A stretch of DNA of 58,283 bases from a bacterium (lineage in GTDB: Bacteria > Desulfobacterota > Binatia > UBA12015), in assembly GCA_030430245.1 (NCBI GenBank), contig JAUIFY010000004.1, positions 1 to 58,283 of the forward strand. Reading direction: 5' to 3'. The position numbers were made by a program, and so were the translations under genes. The notes beneath the pieces were generated by a model. The model saw only the letters and a list, made by a program, of their open reading frames with translations. It was not told where the DNA came from and made no database searches. Positions 19,138 through 27,948 of this stretch are shown here, piece by piece; the first letter of the stretch is position 1, and every line of letters starts with the position of its first letter.

Positions 19138-20301
19138 GTGACTGCATCGAGCTCCCGTACCGGTGAAAAGCTGGGCCTCGTCCTCTCGGGCGGCGGCGCC
19201 CGGGGTCCCTTTCAGGTCGGCGTCTACGAGCGTCTTCTGCGCGACGAGCGCTTCGCGGACGGGCCGGCGGTCCTGAGCGGAACGTCCGCGGGCGCCCTGA
19301 ACGCAGCGATGATCGCCTCCGGATTCTCCCCTGTGGAGATCATGGAGTTCTGGTTCGGCCTCGCGGACGATCCGCCGGTGGTCGCCAGTGCCAAGCTCTT
19401 CGAGTCCGGCGCGGTGTCGATCGTGAAGACGCTCGTCGAGGAGCTGGTGCGGCTGCCGATGAGCCTTCCGGAGGACATCGCGAGGCTGCGCGAGCGCGCC
19501 CGCCACTACTGGCCTCCCCGACTCGGCAGCGGCATGGCCCTTCTCATGGACTACATGCTGACGAGCCGGTTCGACGTGATCAGTCGAATCCTCGACGGCA
19601 TTCACGAGCCGTACCTCGCGGACACGAGCCGGCTGCGCGAGCGGCTCATCGAGCTCTTCGGCGGCACGCGGGTTCCTGCGAAGACACGCCTCGCGATCAA
19701 CGCGGTCGACCTGAACACGCGTCGCGTCGTCCGCTACGTGACCGGGCCGGTCCCGGCCGTGCCCGCGTCGGAGTATGTCGTCGTCCCGTCCATCACCGTC
19801 GACATGCTGATGGCGAGCGCCAGCATCCCGCTCGTGTTCAACCCGATCACGATCGGCTCGCACCTCCTCTGGGACGGTGGCCTTCTCGTCAACACGCCGC
19901 TCGCACCCGCGGTCGCGCTCGGCGCGGACCAGATCGTCACCGTGCTCGTCACGGAGCGCGAGGATCCGAACGAGCAGCTGACGCACATGGGCCGGGCGAT
20001 CGAGCGGTCTCTCGATGCGTTCCTCGAGAACGCCTACAACGTCGACCGCATGCTGCTCCTCGACCGCAACCGCCTCGCCCACGTCGAGGGGAGCCCGTAC
20101 CGCGAGGTCCGCCTCTACGACGCGATCCGCCCGACCTACGACCGCAACCTGTTCAGCGCGGGCTCCTACCTGAACTTCCAACGCGGCCTGATGCGCGACA
20201 TGTACCGCGCCGGCCTCCGCGCCGCCTCCGACTGGCTCGCCCAGGGCCCCCCGGTCGACCGCCTCGAAGGCCGCTCCGACGCCAACCGCCGCTCCGCCTA
20301 A
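19138..20301 (+). CDS. Patatin-like phospholipase
   Basis: LSGGGARG oxyanion hole; GTSAG nucleophile; ASASIP; WDGG. Confidence 0.92.
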   Translation: MTASSSRTGEKLGLVLSGGGARGPFQVGVYERLLRDERFADGPAVLSGTSAGALNAAMIASGFSPVEIMEFWFGLADDPPVVASAKLFESGAVSIVKTLVEELVRLPMSLPEDIARLRERARHYWPPRLGSGMALLMDYMLTSRFDVISRILDGIHEPYLADTSRLRERLIELFGGTRVPAKTRLAINAVDLNTRRVVRYVTGPVPAVPASEYVVVPSITVDMLMASASIPLVFNPITIGSHLLWDGGLLVNTPLAPAVALGADQIVTVLVTEREDPNEQLTHMGRAIERSLDAFLENAYNVDRMLLLDRNRLAHVEGSPYREVRLYDAIRPTYDRNLFSAGSYLNFQRGLMRDMYRAGLRAASDWLAQGPPVDRLEGRSDANRRSA

Positions 20302-20303
20302 AC

Positions 20304-20341
20304 GGGGACGTTCGTTACCTTTTCGCGAGTGTTACCTTTTT
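20304..20341 (+). repeat. Left inverted repeat
   Basis: ggggacgttcgttaccttttc (20304-20324) + gcgag + tgttaccttttt. Confidence 0.92.
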
Positions 20342-21208
20342 CGCTCCGCCGTCCTCCCGCTCTCCGGGATCGACCGAAGCGAGGTAGCGGTGGACCTGAA
20401 CTCGGCTCACACCAAGAAAGCGTGCCACGGCGGCCGGCCGAACTCCCAGCTCCCGAACCGCCGCCACCGCCAAGCGACGGCGCCCGGCGGCCACGCGTCG
20501 GACGCGTCCGCGGGTGGTCAAACTTCCCCGAGCCAGCGCAAGCTCGCCTTCGACCCGGGCCGCCAGTTCCTCGAGATCGAGTGACGGCGAGCTCGGCGAT
20601 TCCGCGATGATCGGCGGAGGCACGGAGGCTTCCCGGGCACGCTCTTCTTCCTCCTCCAGAATCGACGCATCGTGGCCGTCGTCCCCGTCGGCGAAGAACC
20701 TTCGCGCCTGGCCAGCGCCCCCCAGCTCCCGGATGGCAACGTCCCCCGCCGACCAGGCCGGCGGGCGCGACCCCACGAACCAGTGATGCGAAGAATGGGC
20801 GTACGCAGCCGCATGCGAGACCATCCCTGCTCGGACAGGGTTCTCGTGAACGTACCGAACCAGGTGGACCAGATAGCGGAGAGATGCGCATTCCCTCGAC
20901 CAGAACCGATTCTGAAACAGGTGCCCGCAGCGCCCGTGCCGTCGATTGAACCGAGAAGCATGGTCGCCGAGCAACCCCTTCAGCGCCGTTCCGAGACTCT
21001 CGCGACCTCTCAGCGCAACGAGGTGGACGTGGTTCGTCATCAGCACGTAGGCGATCAGTCGAAGACCATCGTGCATCGAAGCACGCACCATCCCCTTCAG
21101 GAACGAGAAGTGGTCGCGGCGGTCGAGGAAGATGTCCTGCCGATTCACCCCCCGGGCGACGAGATGATAGATGCGCCCTTCCTCATCACAACGCGGCCCC
21201 CGTGGCAC
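20315..21208 (-). CDS. REP-associated tyrosine transposase (RAYT/TnpA-REP-like) with C-terminal HTH
   Basis: PRGPR...IYHLVARGVNRQDIF; AYVLMTNHVHL (HUH); GHLFQNRF; RYVHENPVRAG (catalytic Tyr, NPxxAG); C-terminal DnaA_C-like HTH (AAVARFLGVSRVQVHRYL). Stop codon lies inside the left repeat. Confidence 0.9.
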   Translation of the reverse strand: MPRGPRCDEEGRIYHLVARGVNRQDIFLDRRDHFSFLKGMVRASMHDGLRLIAYVLMTNHVHLVALRGRESLGTALKGLLGDHASRFNRRHGRCGHLFQNRFWSRECASLRYLVHLVRYVHENPVRAGMVSHAAAYAHSSHHWFVGSRPPAWSAGDVAIRELGGAGQARRFFADGDDGHDASILEEEEERAREASVPPPIIAESPSSPSLDLEELAARVEGELALARGSLTTRGRVRRVAAGRRRLAVAAVRELGVRPAAVARFLGVSRVQVHRYLASVDPGEREDGGAKKVTLAKR

Positions 21209-21289
21209 GACCAAGCAAGGTAGGAGACACTCCCGAGGCAGGATAGCGTGGAGGGAATGCGCTACGGCGCATGGCGAGCCTCGGCTGGG

Positions 21290-21328
21290 GAAAAGGTAAC
21301 AGTTGGAGAAAAGGTAACGAACGTCCCC
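21290..21328 (-). repeat. Right inverted repeat
   Basis: gaaaaggtaaca-gttgga-gaaaaggtaacgaacgtcccc; 21308-21328 is the exact reverse complement of 20304-20324. Confidence 0.92.
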
Positions 21329-21900
21329 TAGGAGGCCAGGGTGCGGAGGTGGAAGAGGGCGGCGCTGATCTCGTTGAGGATCAGGCTGCCGATTTGGAGG
21401 ATCTCGTCGGTGCCGGGGATGCGCGCATAGAGGCCGGCGCCGCTGGTCGTGCGGTCGCCGATCTCGAGGGTGATCTGCTCGTCCGACGCGAGGGTCAGGT
21501 CGATGCGGACCTTCGGGGCGTCGAGACCGAACTCGGCGAGGGAGCCTTCGTGGACGAAGCGGCTCACCTCCGGGAGTGCGGCGACGTCGCGCACGAGGGC
21601 GCCGACCTCCTCGTCGACCCTCCCCTGGTCCGGGGGTGTCGCGGCCGCCGATCCGGTCCGCGCGGCGTCCAGGTCCAACGCCTCGACGCGCCAGTGCTCC
21701 CCATCCCGCCGGGCGCGAAGCGATCCCTGCCACGTACGGACGGCGATCGAGGTCACGTCGTCCGCCGAGAACGAGAACACCGACTCGACCTCGCTGGGCG
21801 GCGGCGGGGGCGGAGGCTGCAAGCCGACGGCGATCCACGTCGCGCCCGCCGACGCGAGGATCACCGCGAGCGAGACCAGGCTGCGTACGAGAGGAGACAC
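21328..21900 (-). CDS. DUF4340 family protein
   Basis: N-terminal TM; LAEFGLDAPKVRIDL...LEIGDRTT...YAR pattern; usual last gene of GldAFG-like operons. Confidence 0.75.
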   Translation of the reverse strand: MSPLVRSLVSLAVILASAGATWIAVGLQPPPPPPPSEVESVFSFSADDVTSIAVRTWQGSLRARRDGEHWRVEALDLDAARTGSAAATPPDQGRVDEEVGALVRDVAALPEVSRFVHEGSLAEFGLDAPKVRIDLTLASDEQITLEIGDRTTSGAGLYARIPGTDEILQIGSLILNEISAALFHLRTLAS

Positions 21901-21913
21901 GGCGTGCGAGCCC

Positions 21914-23266
21914 TCAGCGCCGCCGCCGACGCCGGATCACCACCCCGACGCCGATCACCAGCACCAGCGCCGGCTGCACGATCACCACCGCCCAGAAGAT
22001 CGTCCGTGCCAAGCTCTCCGAGACGAACACCGGCGAGAGCGGGCCGAGACCCGCCGTGTCCGGGCGAACCCGGGCGCCGGTCGCCTCGCGCTCCGTGAGC
22101 CATCCGAGCACGTTCACGAGCAGATCCTTGTTGCCGAGCAGGGTGACGAAGTTGTCGCTCGCGAAATCCGCGTCGCCGATCACGACGAGGCGACCGCCCT
22201 CGCCGCCGGACGAAACACCAATCACTCCGACGGGGCCGGGACGATCCGTCCGCGCATCGAACTCGACCTCGCCCCGACGCGTCCGCTCCGCACCCAGCGC
22301 GACGAAACTCTCGGGAGCGGAGCGCGCGACGATCTGGATCGCCGCGTCGGGCGTCCCCGCGCTTCCGTCGGCCGTCTCGACCGACCGACCACGGCCCAGC
22401 ACGGCCGGCGCCTTCAGCGCCGCCGAGACCGGGTGGGACTCGCGAAAGATCGGCACCAGCACGTTCGTCCCATCGCTTCCGTAGACGCGGTTCGAGCGGT
22501 CGATGACCACGTCGTCGGCGAGCACGAGGCCGTGCGTCGCGATCCAGGCCTCCAGATGCGGCAGCTCGATCGGGTCCGCGAGAACGAGCACCGATCCCCC
22601 GCCCTGAAGGTACGCCTCGAGCATCGCGAGCTCCCGCTCGGCGTAGTCGGCCTCGGGCCCGGCCAGAATGACCGCCGCCGCATCCTCCGGCACGCTCGTC
22701 GTTCGGAGAAGCGACAGAGGCAGTACGTCGTACCCCTCGGCGCGAAGGAACTGGGCCGCCCGTCCGAGCTGGTCCGCGTGGCCGACACGCGTCGTTCGCT
22801 CGCCGTGATCGCCGACGAAGTACAGCACCGGGCGTCGCGCCCGCAGAATCTCGGCGATGCCACCGACCAGCGCTTCCTCCGTCCCCGAAGGCGTGACGAG
22901 TTCCCGCTCCTCGTAGAACAGAACCGCTCGATCGAAGCGCCTCACGCCGTTCTGCCTGGCGCGGAGCGGATTGCGATCGATGTCGATCAGCTCGTAGTGC
23001 ACCTTTGGAGATTCGTTCGCGAGCAGCTCCAGCAGATCGCGCGCCCGCATGCGCTCGCCCCGGCGATAGTAGAAGTCGATCTGCAGCGGCGACGTGAGCT
23101 GCCGCAGCACCGACGAGCTGTATTCGGAGAGCGAGAGCCGTCCCTGCAGGGTCAAATCGAGCTGCTCGCGCCACACCTCCGAGAACGCCTGGACCGCGAC
23201 GGCCACCGACAGGACGGCGCCCATCGACAGCAGAAAGGCCGTCCAGTGCCCCGCCGCCCGCCTCAC
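21914..23266 (-). CDS. GldG-like ABC transporter auxiliary component
   Basis: LDLT...SLSEYS; YFVGDHGE; VILAGP; RLVVIGDADFASD...GNKDLLVNVLGWL; C-terminal TM plus RRRRR; GTGA overlap. Confidence 0.85.
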   Translation of the reverse strand: MRRAAGHWTAFLLSMGAVLSVAVAVQAFSEVWREQLDLTLQGRLSLSEYSSSVLRQLTSPLQIDFYYRRGERMRARDLLELLANESPKVHYELIDIDRNPLRARQNGVRRFDRAVLFYEERELVTPSGTEEALVGGIAEILRARRPVLYFVGDHGERTTRVGHADQLGRAAQFLRAEGYDVLPLSLLRTTSVPEDAAAVILAGPEADYAERELAMLEAYLQGGGSVLVLADPIELPHLEAWIATHGLVLADDVVIDRSNRVYGSDGTNVLVPIFRESHPVSAALKAPAVLGRGRSVETADGSAGTPDAAIQIVARSAPESFVALGAERTRRGEVEFDARTDRPGPVGVIGVSSGGEGGRLVVIGDADFASDNFVTLLGNKDLLVNVLGWLTEREATGARVRPDTAGLGPLSPVFVSESLARTIFWAVVIVQPALVLVIGVGVVIRRRRRR

Positions 23267-24000
23267 TTGACGCCCCTCCACCGTCGCGACCCGAGACACT
23301 GGACCGTCCACGCGAGAAACACCGCGCAGAACAGGACGAGGTAGGTCACGTCGGCCGTATCGATCCCTCCGCGCACGAAGGTGTAGAGACGATCGAAGAG
23401 AGAGAGCTGACTCAGCACCCACAACACCGGCGCTCCGACCGCGGCCTCGTTCCACGTCAGAACCCAGAAGAGCAGGAGCACACTGTACGTGACCGCCGCG
23501 GCGAGCACCTGGCTCTCGGTCAGCGCCGAGATCAGGATCCCGCACGACAGAAATGCGGCGCCCAGGAGAAACAGCCCGAGGTAGCCGGCCGCCATCGCCC
23601 CCACCGGCAGCGTGACGTCCGCGGGCAGGAGAAGAAGTGGCTGGATCAACGTGCCGCCGAGCATCAGCGCCAGCACGAGCAGCGCCGCGACGTACTTCCC
23701 GAGGACGATCTCGACGTCGCGCAGCGGGTACGTCCACATCAGCTCCAGCGTCCCCAGTCGCCGCTCCTCCGCGAAGAGCCGCATCGTGAGGAGAGGCAGG
23801 AGCGTCAGCATGTACTGGCGCATGTCGAGGAACTGGTACTGCCACAGGCCACGGGTCAGATCGAAGCCGCCCGACAGAAGAAAGAACGAGAGGTTCGAGT
23901 AGAAGTAGAAGCCCGAGACCGCGAGGAAGAGCGCGATCACCATGTACGCGAGCAAGCTCGTAAAATACGAGACGAGCTCCTTGCGAACGACCGCAGTCAC
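23263..24000 (-). CDS. GldF-like ABC-2 permease
   Basis: RKELVSYFTS; PLLTMRLFAEERRLGTLEL; IVLGKY; ISALTESQ. Confidence 0.9.
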   Translation of the reverse strand: MTAVVRKELVSYFTSLLAYMVIALFLAVSGFYFYSNLSFFLLSGGFDLTRGLWQYQFLDMRQYMLTLLPLLTMRLFAEERRLGTLELMWTYPLRDVEIVLGKYVAALLVLALMLGGTLIQPLLLLPADVTLPVGAMAAGYLGLFLLGAAFLSCGILISALTESQVLAAAVTYSVLLLFWVLTWNEAAVGAPVLWVLSQLSLFDRLYTFVRGGIDTADVTYLVLFCAVFLAWTVQCLGSRRWRGVK

Positions 24001-24947
24001 GCGCGGCGCTCCGAATCGCGCGCGATGCGCTGCGCCGGTTCGCGCACCAGACGGAGAAAGATGTCCTCCAGCGTGAGCGCTTCGCGGTGGAGCTCGAGCA
24101 ACACCCAACCCTGCTCGGTCACCCTCCGCGATACGCGTTCGATCGCGCTCTCGTCGGCTACGATGAGTCGCACCCGGTCATCGACCTCTTCGGCTCGTTC
24201 GACCCCGTCGACTCCGGCGAGAGTGGAGCAGAGGGCGGTGGGGTCGACGTCCGCACGTACCCAGAGCGGCAACGCCCCCGCGAGTCGCTCCGCGAGCCCG
24301 GCCGGACTGTCCTCGGCGACCAACCGGCCGCGATCGACGATCACCACCCGCTGGGCGACGAGGCTCACCTCCGAGAGGATGTGGCTCGAGAAGACGATCG
24401 TGCGCTCTCCGCGAAGGCTCTTCACGAGCTCCCGGATCTCCGTCACCTGCCCCGGATCGAGGCCCGAGGTCGGCTCGTCCAGTACCAGGACTTGCGGATC
24501 TCCGAGCAGCGCCTGCGCGAGACCGACCCGTTGCCGGTACCCCTTGCTGAGCTTCCCCACCAGGCGCCGCCGAACCTCGCCCAACCCGCACGCGCCGATC
24601 GCCTTCTCGACGTGAGGCGCCCGTTCTCCGGAAGGGACGCGCTTCGCCCGCGCCACGAAGCCGAGATACCCCTCGACGCTCATCTCGGGGTAGAAGGGCG
24701 CGTTCTCGGGGAAGTACCCGAGCGTCCGCCGCGCAGCGTTCGGGTCCCGGCTCACGTCGTGCCCGCCGACCCGGACGACACCGGTCGTCGGAGGGAAGAT
24801 CCCAGCGACGACCCGCATCGTCGTCGTCTTCCCGGCTCCGTTCGGACCGAGAAACCCGACGCACTCGCCGGCAGCCACCGAGAACGAAACGTCGTCGACC
24901 GCGACGAAGTCGCCGAACCGCTTGGTGAGGTGAGACACTTCGATCAT
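23997..24947 (-). CDS. GldA-like ABC transporter ATP-binding protein
   Basis: GPNGAGKTT Walker A; LSKGYRQRVGLA signature; LDEPT Walker B; SSH H-loop. Confidence 0.95.
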   Translation of the reverse strand: MIEVSHLTKRFGDFVAVDDVSFSVAAGECVGFLGPNGAGKTTTMRVVAGIFPPTTGVVRVGGHDVSRDPNAARRTLGYFPENAPFYPEMSVEGYLGFVARAKRVPSGERAPHVEKAIGACGLGEVRRRLVGKLSKGYRQRVGLAQALLGDPQVLVLDEPTSGLDPGQVTEIRELVKSLRGERTIVFSSHILSEVSLVAQRVVIVDRGRLVAEDSPAGLAERLAGALPLWVRADVDPTALCSTLAGVDGVERAEEVDDRVRLIVADESAIERVSRRVTEQGWVLLELHREALTLEDIFLRLVREPAQRIARDSERRA

Positions 24948-25017
24948 CGAGAGACCCCAACGTAAAGCTCTTCCGGCCGACCGGGCAAGCGGCCGCACCA
25001 CCGTTCGGGCGTCGCGC

Positions 25018-27933
25018 TCAACCTCTCGGCGCGAAGAGGTCCTCGCCGACGTCGAGCCGTGCCTCCGCCGCCTCCGGACTCGCCGCCTCGCTCTCGAGGA
25101 CGAGCGTGCTCCGGTCGGCCTCGACCCGCGCGTGGATCCACCCGCCGTCCTCCAGCTGCAAACGGATCCCGTCCAGGGACACGTGCGACACGACCGTCGC
25201 GTCCCCCACCCGGTCCGGCGCGCTCTCGAGGCGCTCCGCCGCCTGGGAGTCGAGCCCTGCGGGGATCGCGATTCGACGCGACGCCCGTGCCGCGGGACCG
25301 AACTCGTGAAACACCTCCTCGAGCTGCGACGCGAGAGAGCGACGTCGGATCGCAATCATCTCGACCACGAGGAGCACCCCCAGGATCGCATCCGCGTGCG
25401 CGGCTCCTTCGACCGACGCGAACGCGCTTCCATCGATCGCGACGAACGCGTCGCCCCGAGCGAGAAGCGCTCCCAGCTCCTGAAACCCCGTCGGCGCCTC
25501 GACGACCCGCAGGCCACGCCGACGCGCGAGCGCGTCGACCAACCGCGAGGTGGCGATCGAACGCGCCACGGCGCGTTGCCGGGCCCCACGCGTTTCGGCG
25601 AGATGGTCCACCAGAAGAGCGGAGACGTGGTCGGGCGCGAGAAGCACCCCGCCCCGGCCTACGACTCCGAGCCTCGTGCCGCTCGGATCCACCGCCACAC
25701 CGAGATCGTGTCCGTCGCGCACCGCGACCGAGAGCGCCACGAGACCGTCGGCCGCCGGGTCCGGAGCGCCGCCTCCGAAGCGGGGATCGCGATCGCCGTG
25801 GAGCACCTCCCCGAGCACACCCCAATCCCGGAGCAGTCGTTCGAGCGTCCCCGTGGCCGCACCCCAGCGCAGATCGCAGGCGACCCGAAGGCCGCTCGAG
25901 CGGATCGCGTCCGCATCGACGACCGCCTCGAGCACGTCGCGATGGATCGCCGCCGGATTCGTTCCTCGTCGCAAGCCGATCTCCCGCGCCTCGACGCCTC
26001 CGAGCTCCTGCGGACCGAGCGCGCGGTCGACCCACGGCGCACTCCGCTCCCCCACGAGAACCGCGGACTCACGGTCCAGCGGCGCCCCCGTCGCTCCGAG
26101 AAGATGAAGCCCGTTCCACCGCGCGTCCGCGGACTCGCCGCTCACCACGACCGCGCCCGCGAGCCCTTCCGCGACGACGGCGCACGCCGCAGCAGGCAGC
26201 GCGACCGGCTCGCCGGCCCACGTGACCGAGACGTCGTTCCACGCCAACACGCCCGCGACGAACGACGCGAAGTCGGCACCGAGAAGGCGCGTGTCGTGGG
26301 CGACGAGGATTCCCCGCTGTGCCAGCGCCGAAGCGGGGTCCGCCTCGAAGAGATACTCCGCGAGCCCCTGCGCGGCCGCACGCACCTTCTGCACCGTGAA
26401 ATCCTCGGCGACGCGGCCGTGCCATCGCGCATCGGCGAGGGGTACGCCACCGCTCGCGAGACGGGGGCGGTGCGCGAGGCGGCGGTAGATCTGCAGGTAG
26501 CGCGCGGCCGCATGCCGCCACGAGTGGTCCCGTCGCATGCCCCTGCCCTGCAGCCCGCGCCAGAGGTCCGGCACGCGATACGCGTCGATTGCGCGGTCGA
26601 CCGCATCGCACAGCGCCTCCCTCGAGTGATCCTCGATCCAGAAGCCCGTGCCCCGATCCGGAACGGCGCCGATGTCCAACACCGTGTCGACCATCCCGCC
26701 GCTCGCGCGCACGATCGGAACCGTGCCGTATCGCTGCGCCCGCATCGGCATCGTCGGGCCCGCCTCGTACGCGTGGGGCCGAAGCAGCACGTCCGCTCCC
26801 GCCAGCGTCTTGTGGACGAGCCCCTCGGTCGGCTCCGGCGCCAGCACGATCTCGCGCCCGGAGGACTCCATGAGCTCACGGAGCGAGCTCGCGATGCGCG
26901 ACTCTCCGCGACCGACGACGACGACTCTCAAGCCCCGCTCCAGAAGATCCGGCAGCGACGGGACGAGAATGTCGAAGCCCGACGCGGGGACGAGCGGGGC
27001 GAGCACGGCTGCGACCGGCGCCGCGAGCTCCGCGTTGAGGTCGGTCTCCAACAAGAGATCGGCCTTGCAGCGTCGCTTGCCGTGAACGTCGTCCGCCGCG
27101 AAGCCTGCCACCAGGTGGCGATCGGTCGCCGGATCCCAGACTTCGGTGTCGATGCCACTCGAAATCCCGGTCACGTCCCCCGAACGTTCCGTGAACACGA
27201 CATCGAGCCCCGCACCGTACTCCGGCAGCTGAACGTCCCGAGCGCTGCGCGGACTCGGAGTCGTGATCGCGTCGGCACGACGCAGCCCCTCGCGAAGCAC
27301 ATTGAACGTGCCATGGGCTTCGATGCTCCCGCTCGCAACCGCCCCCCGCGGGATGCCGGCAGCAGCGAGATCCGGGGAAGGGAACGCGCCCTGCGCGGAG
27401 ATGTCGTGCACCGAGAGGACGACCGCGGCGTCGGCGAGCATGGCCCGGGCCGCGGTCGCGCGGTCCTCCCCCAGCATCCCGGCACGGAGGTAGACGGGCA
27501 CGAGAGCCGTCGGCCAATCGTGGCAGTGAAGGACGTCCGGCACGATCGCCAGCGCGTCGACGGCTCCGAGCGCCGCCCGACAAAAGAACGCGAAGCGCCG
27601 AACGCCGTCGGCGTACTCGACCCCGTCCTCTCCGTACAGGCCCGGACGATCGAAGTAGCGATCGGCGCCGATCGCGTAGACCTCGACCCCGGGCGGTTCC
27701 TCACGAGCGCGAAGAACGTCGCCGGTCTCTCTTCCGTCGTGCATCCGAACCGGAATCGGAGCGATCTCCGGGACGGGCAGGAAGCGATCGCGCAACACGC
27801 GGTGGAGAGGCAAGACGACCGTGACCCGGTGTCCCCGCTCGGCCAGCGCCCGAGGCAGAGCCCCGACCACCCCCGCGGCCGCCCCGGCACCACAATACGG
27901 CGCCGCCTCGGAGGCGATCATGACGATGCGCAC
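25018..27933 (-). CDS. Glycogen synthase-like / phosphoglucomutase-like fusion, both domains with degenerate active sites
   Basis: N-terminal half (about 490 aa) has the GlgA scaffold (FDRPGLYG, RFAFF, HCHDW, GID..WDPATD, RYGTVPIVR.SGG..DTV). C-terminal half has the alpha-D-phosphohexomutase scaffold (EDFT...VR, HDTR, WNG, DP.FGG..PDP, PTGF, LDG..L). Catalytic motifs are replaced; see findings. Confidence 0.88.
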   Translation of the reverse strand: MRIVMIASEAAPYCGAGAAAGVVGALPRALAERGHRVTVVLPLHRVLRDRFLPVPEIAPIPVRMHDGRETGDVLRAREEPPGVEVYAIGADRYFDRPGLYGEDGVEYADGVRRFAFFCRAALGAVDALAIVPDVLHCHDWPTALVPVYLRAGMLGEDRATAARAMLADAAVVLSVHDISAQGAFPSPDLAAAGIPRGAVASGSIEAHGTFNVLREGLRRADAITTPSPRSARDVQLPEYGAGLDVVFTERSGDVTGISSGIDTEVWDPATDRHLVAGFAADDVHGKRRCKADLLLETDLNAELAAPVAAVLAPLVPASGFDILVPSLPDLLERGLRVVVVGRGESRIASSLRELMESSGREIVLAPEPTEGLVHKTLAGADVLLRPHAYEAGPTMPMRAQRYGTVPIVRASGGMVDTVLDIGAVPDRGTGFWIEDHSREALCDAVDRAIDAYRVPDLWRGLQGRGMRRDHSWRHAAARYLQIYRRLAHRPRLASGGVPLADARWHGRVAEDFTVQKVRAAAQGLAEYLFEADPASALAQRGILVAHDTRLLGADFASFVAGVLAWNDVSVTWAGEPVALPAAACAVVAEGLAGAVVVSGESADARWNGLHLLGATGAPLDRESAVLVGERSAPWVDRALGPQELGGVEAREIGLRRGTNPAAIHRDVLEAVVDADAIRSSGLRVACDLRWGAATGTLERLLRDWGVLGEVLHGDRDPRFGGGAPDPAADGLVALSVAVRDGHDLGVAVDPSGTRLGVVGRGGVLLAPDHVSALLVDHLAETRGARQRAVARSIATSRLVDALARRRGLRVVEAPTGFQELGALLARGDAFVAIDGSAFASVEGAAHADAILGVLLVVEMIAIRRRSLASQLEEVFHEFGPAARASRRIAIPAGLDSQAAERLESAPDRVGDATVVSHVSLDGIRLQLEDGGWIHARVEADRSTLVLESEAASPEAAEARLDVGEDLFAPRG

Positions 27934-27948
27934 GACGCCTCCCCGCAG

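Larger units (their letters stand above)
20304..21328. mobile_element. 1025-bp element: HUH (Y1) transposase bounded by inverted repeats
   Basis: Perfect 21-bp inverted repeats at both ends plus inner 11-bp copies, enclosing a single transposase ORF, between two convergent stop codons. Confidence 0.8.

Noticed and set aside
20295-21335. Target-site duplication around the transposase element
   Set aside because: Flanks are ctaaac| and |taggag; only a trivial ccta match that overlaps the IR, which is not convincing.
21914-24947. Gliding motility function for the GldA/F/G-like genes
   Set aside because: This ABC family is widespread outside gliding bacteria, and no other motility genes are in the window.
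25018-27933. Calling the GlgA-PGM gene a pseudogene, or an active glgA
   Set aside because: No stops or frameshifts over 2.9 kb argues against a pseudogene; loss of KTGGL and the other motifs argues against the glgA or pgm symbols.
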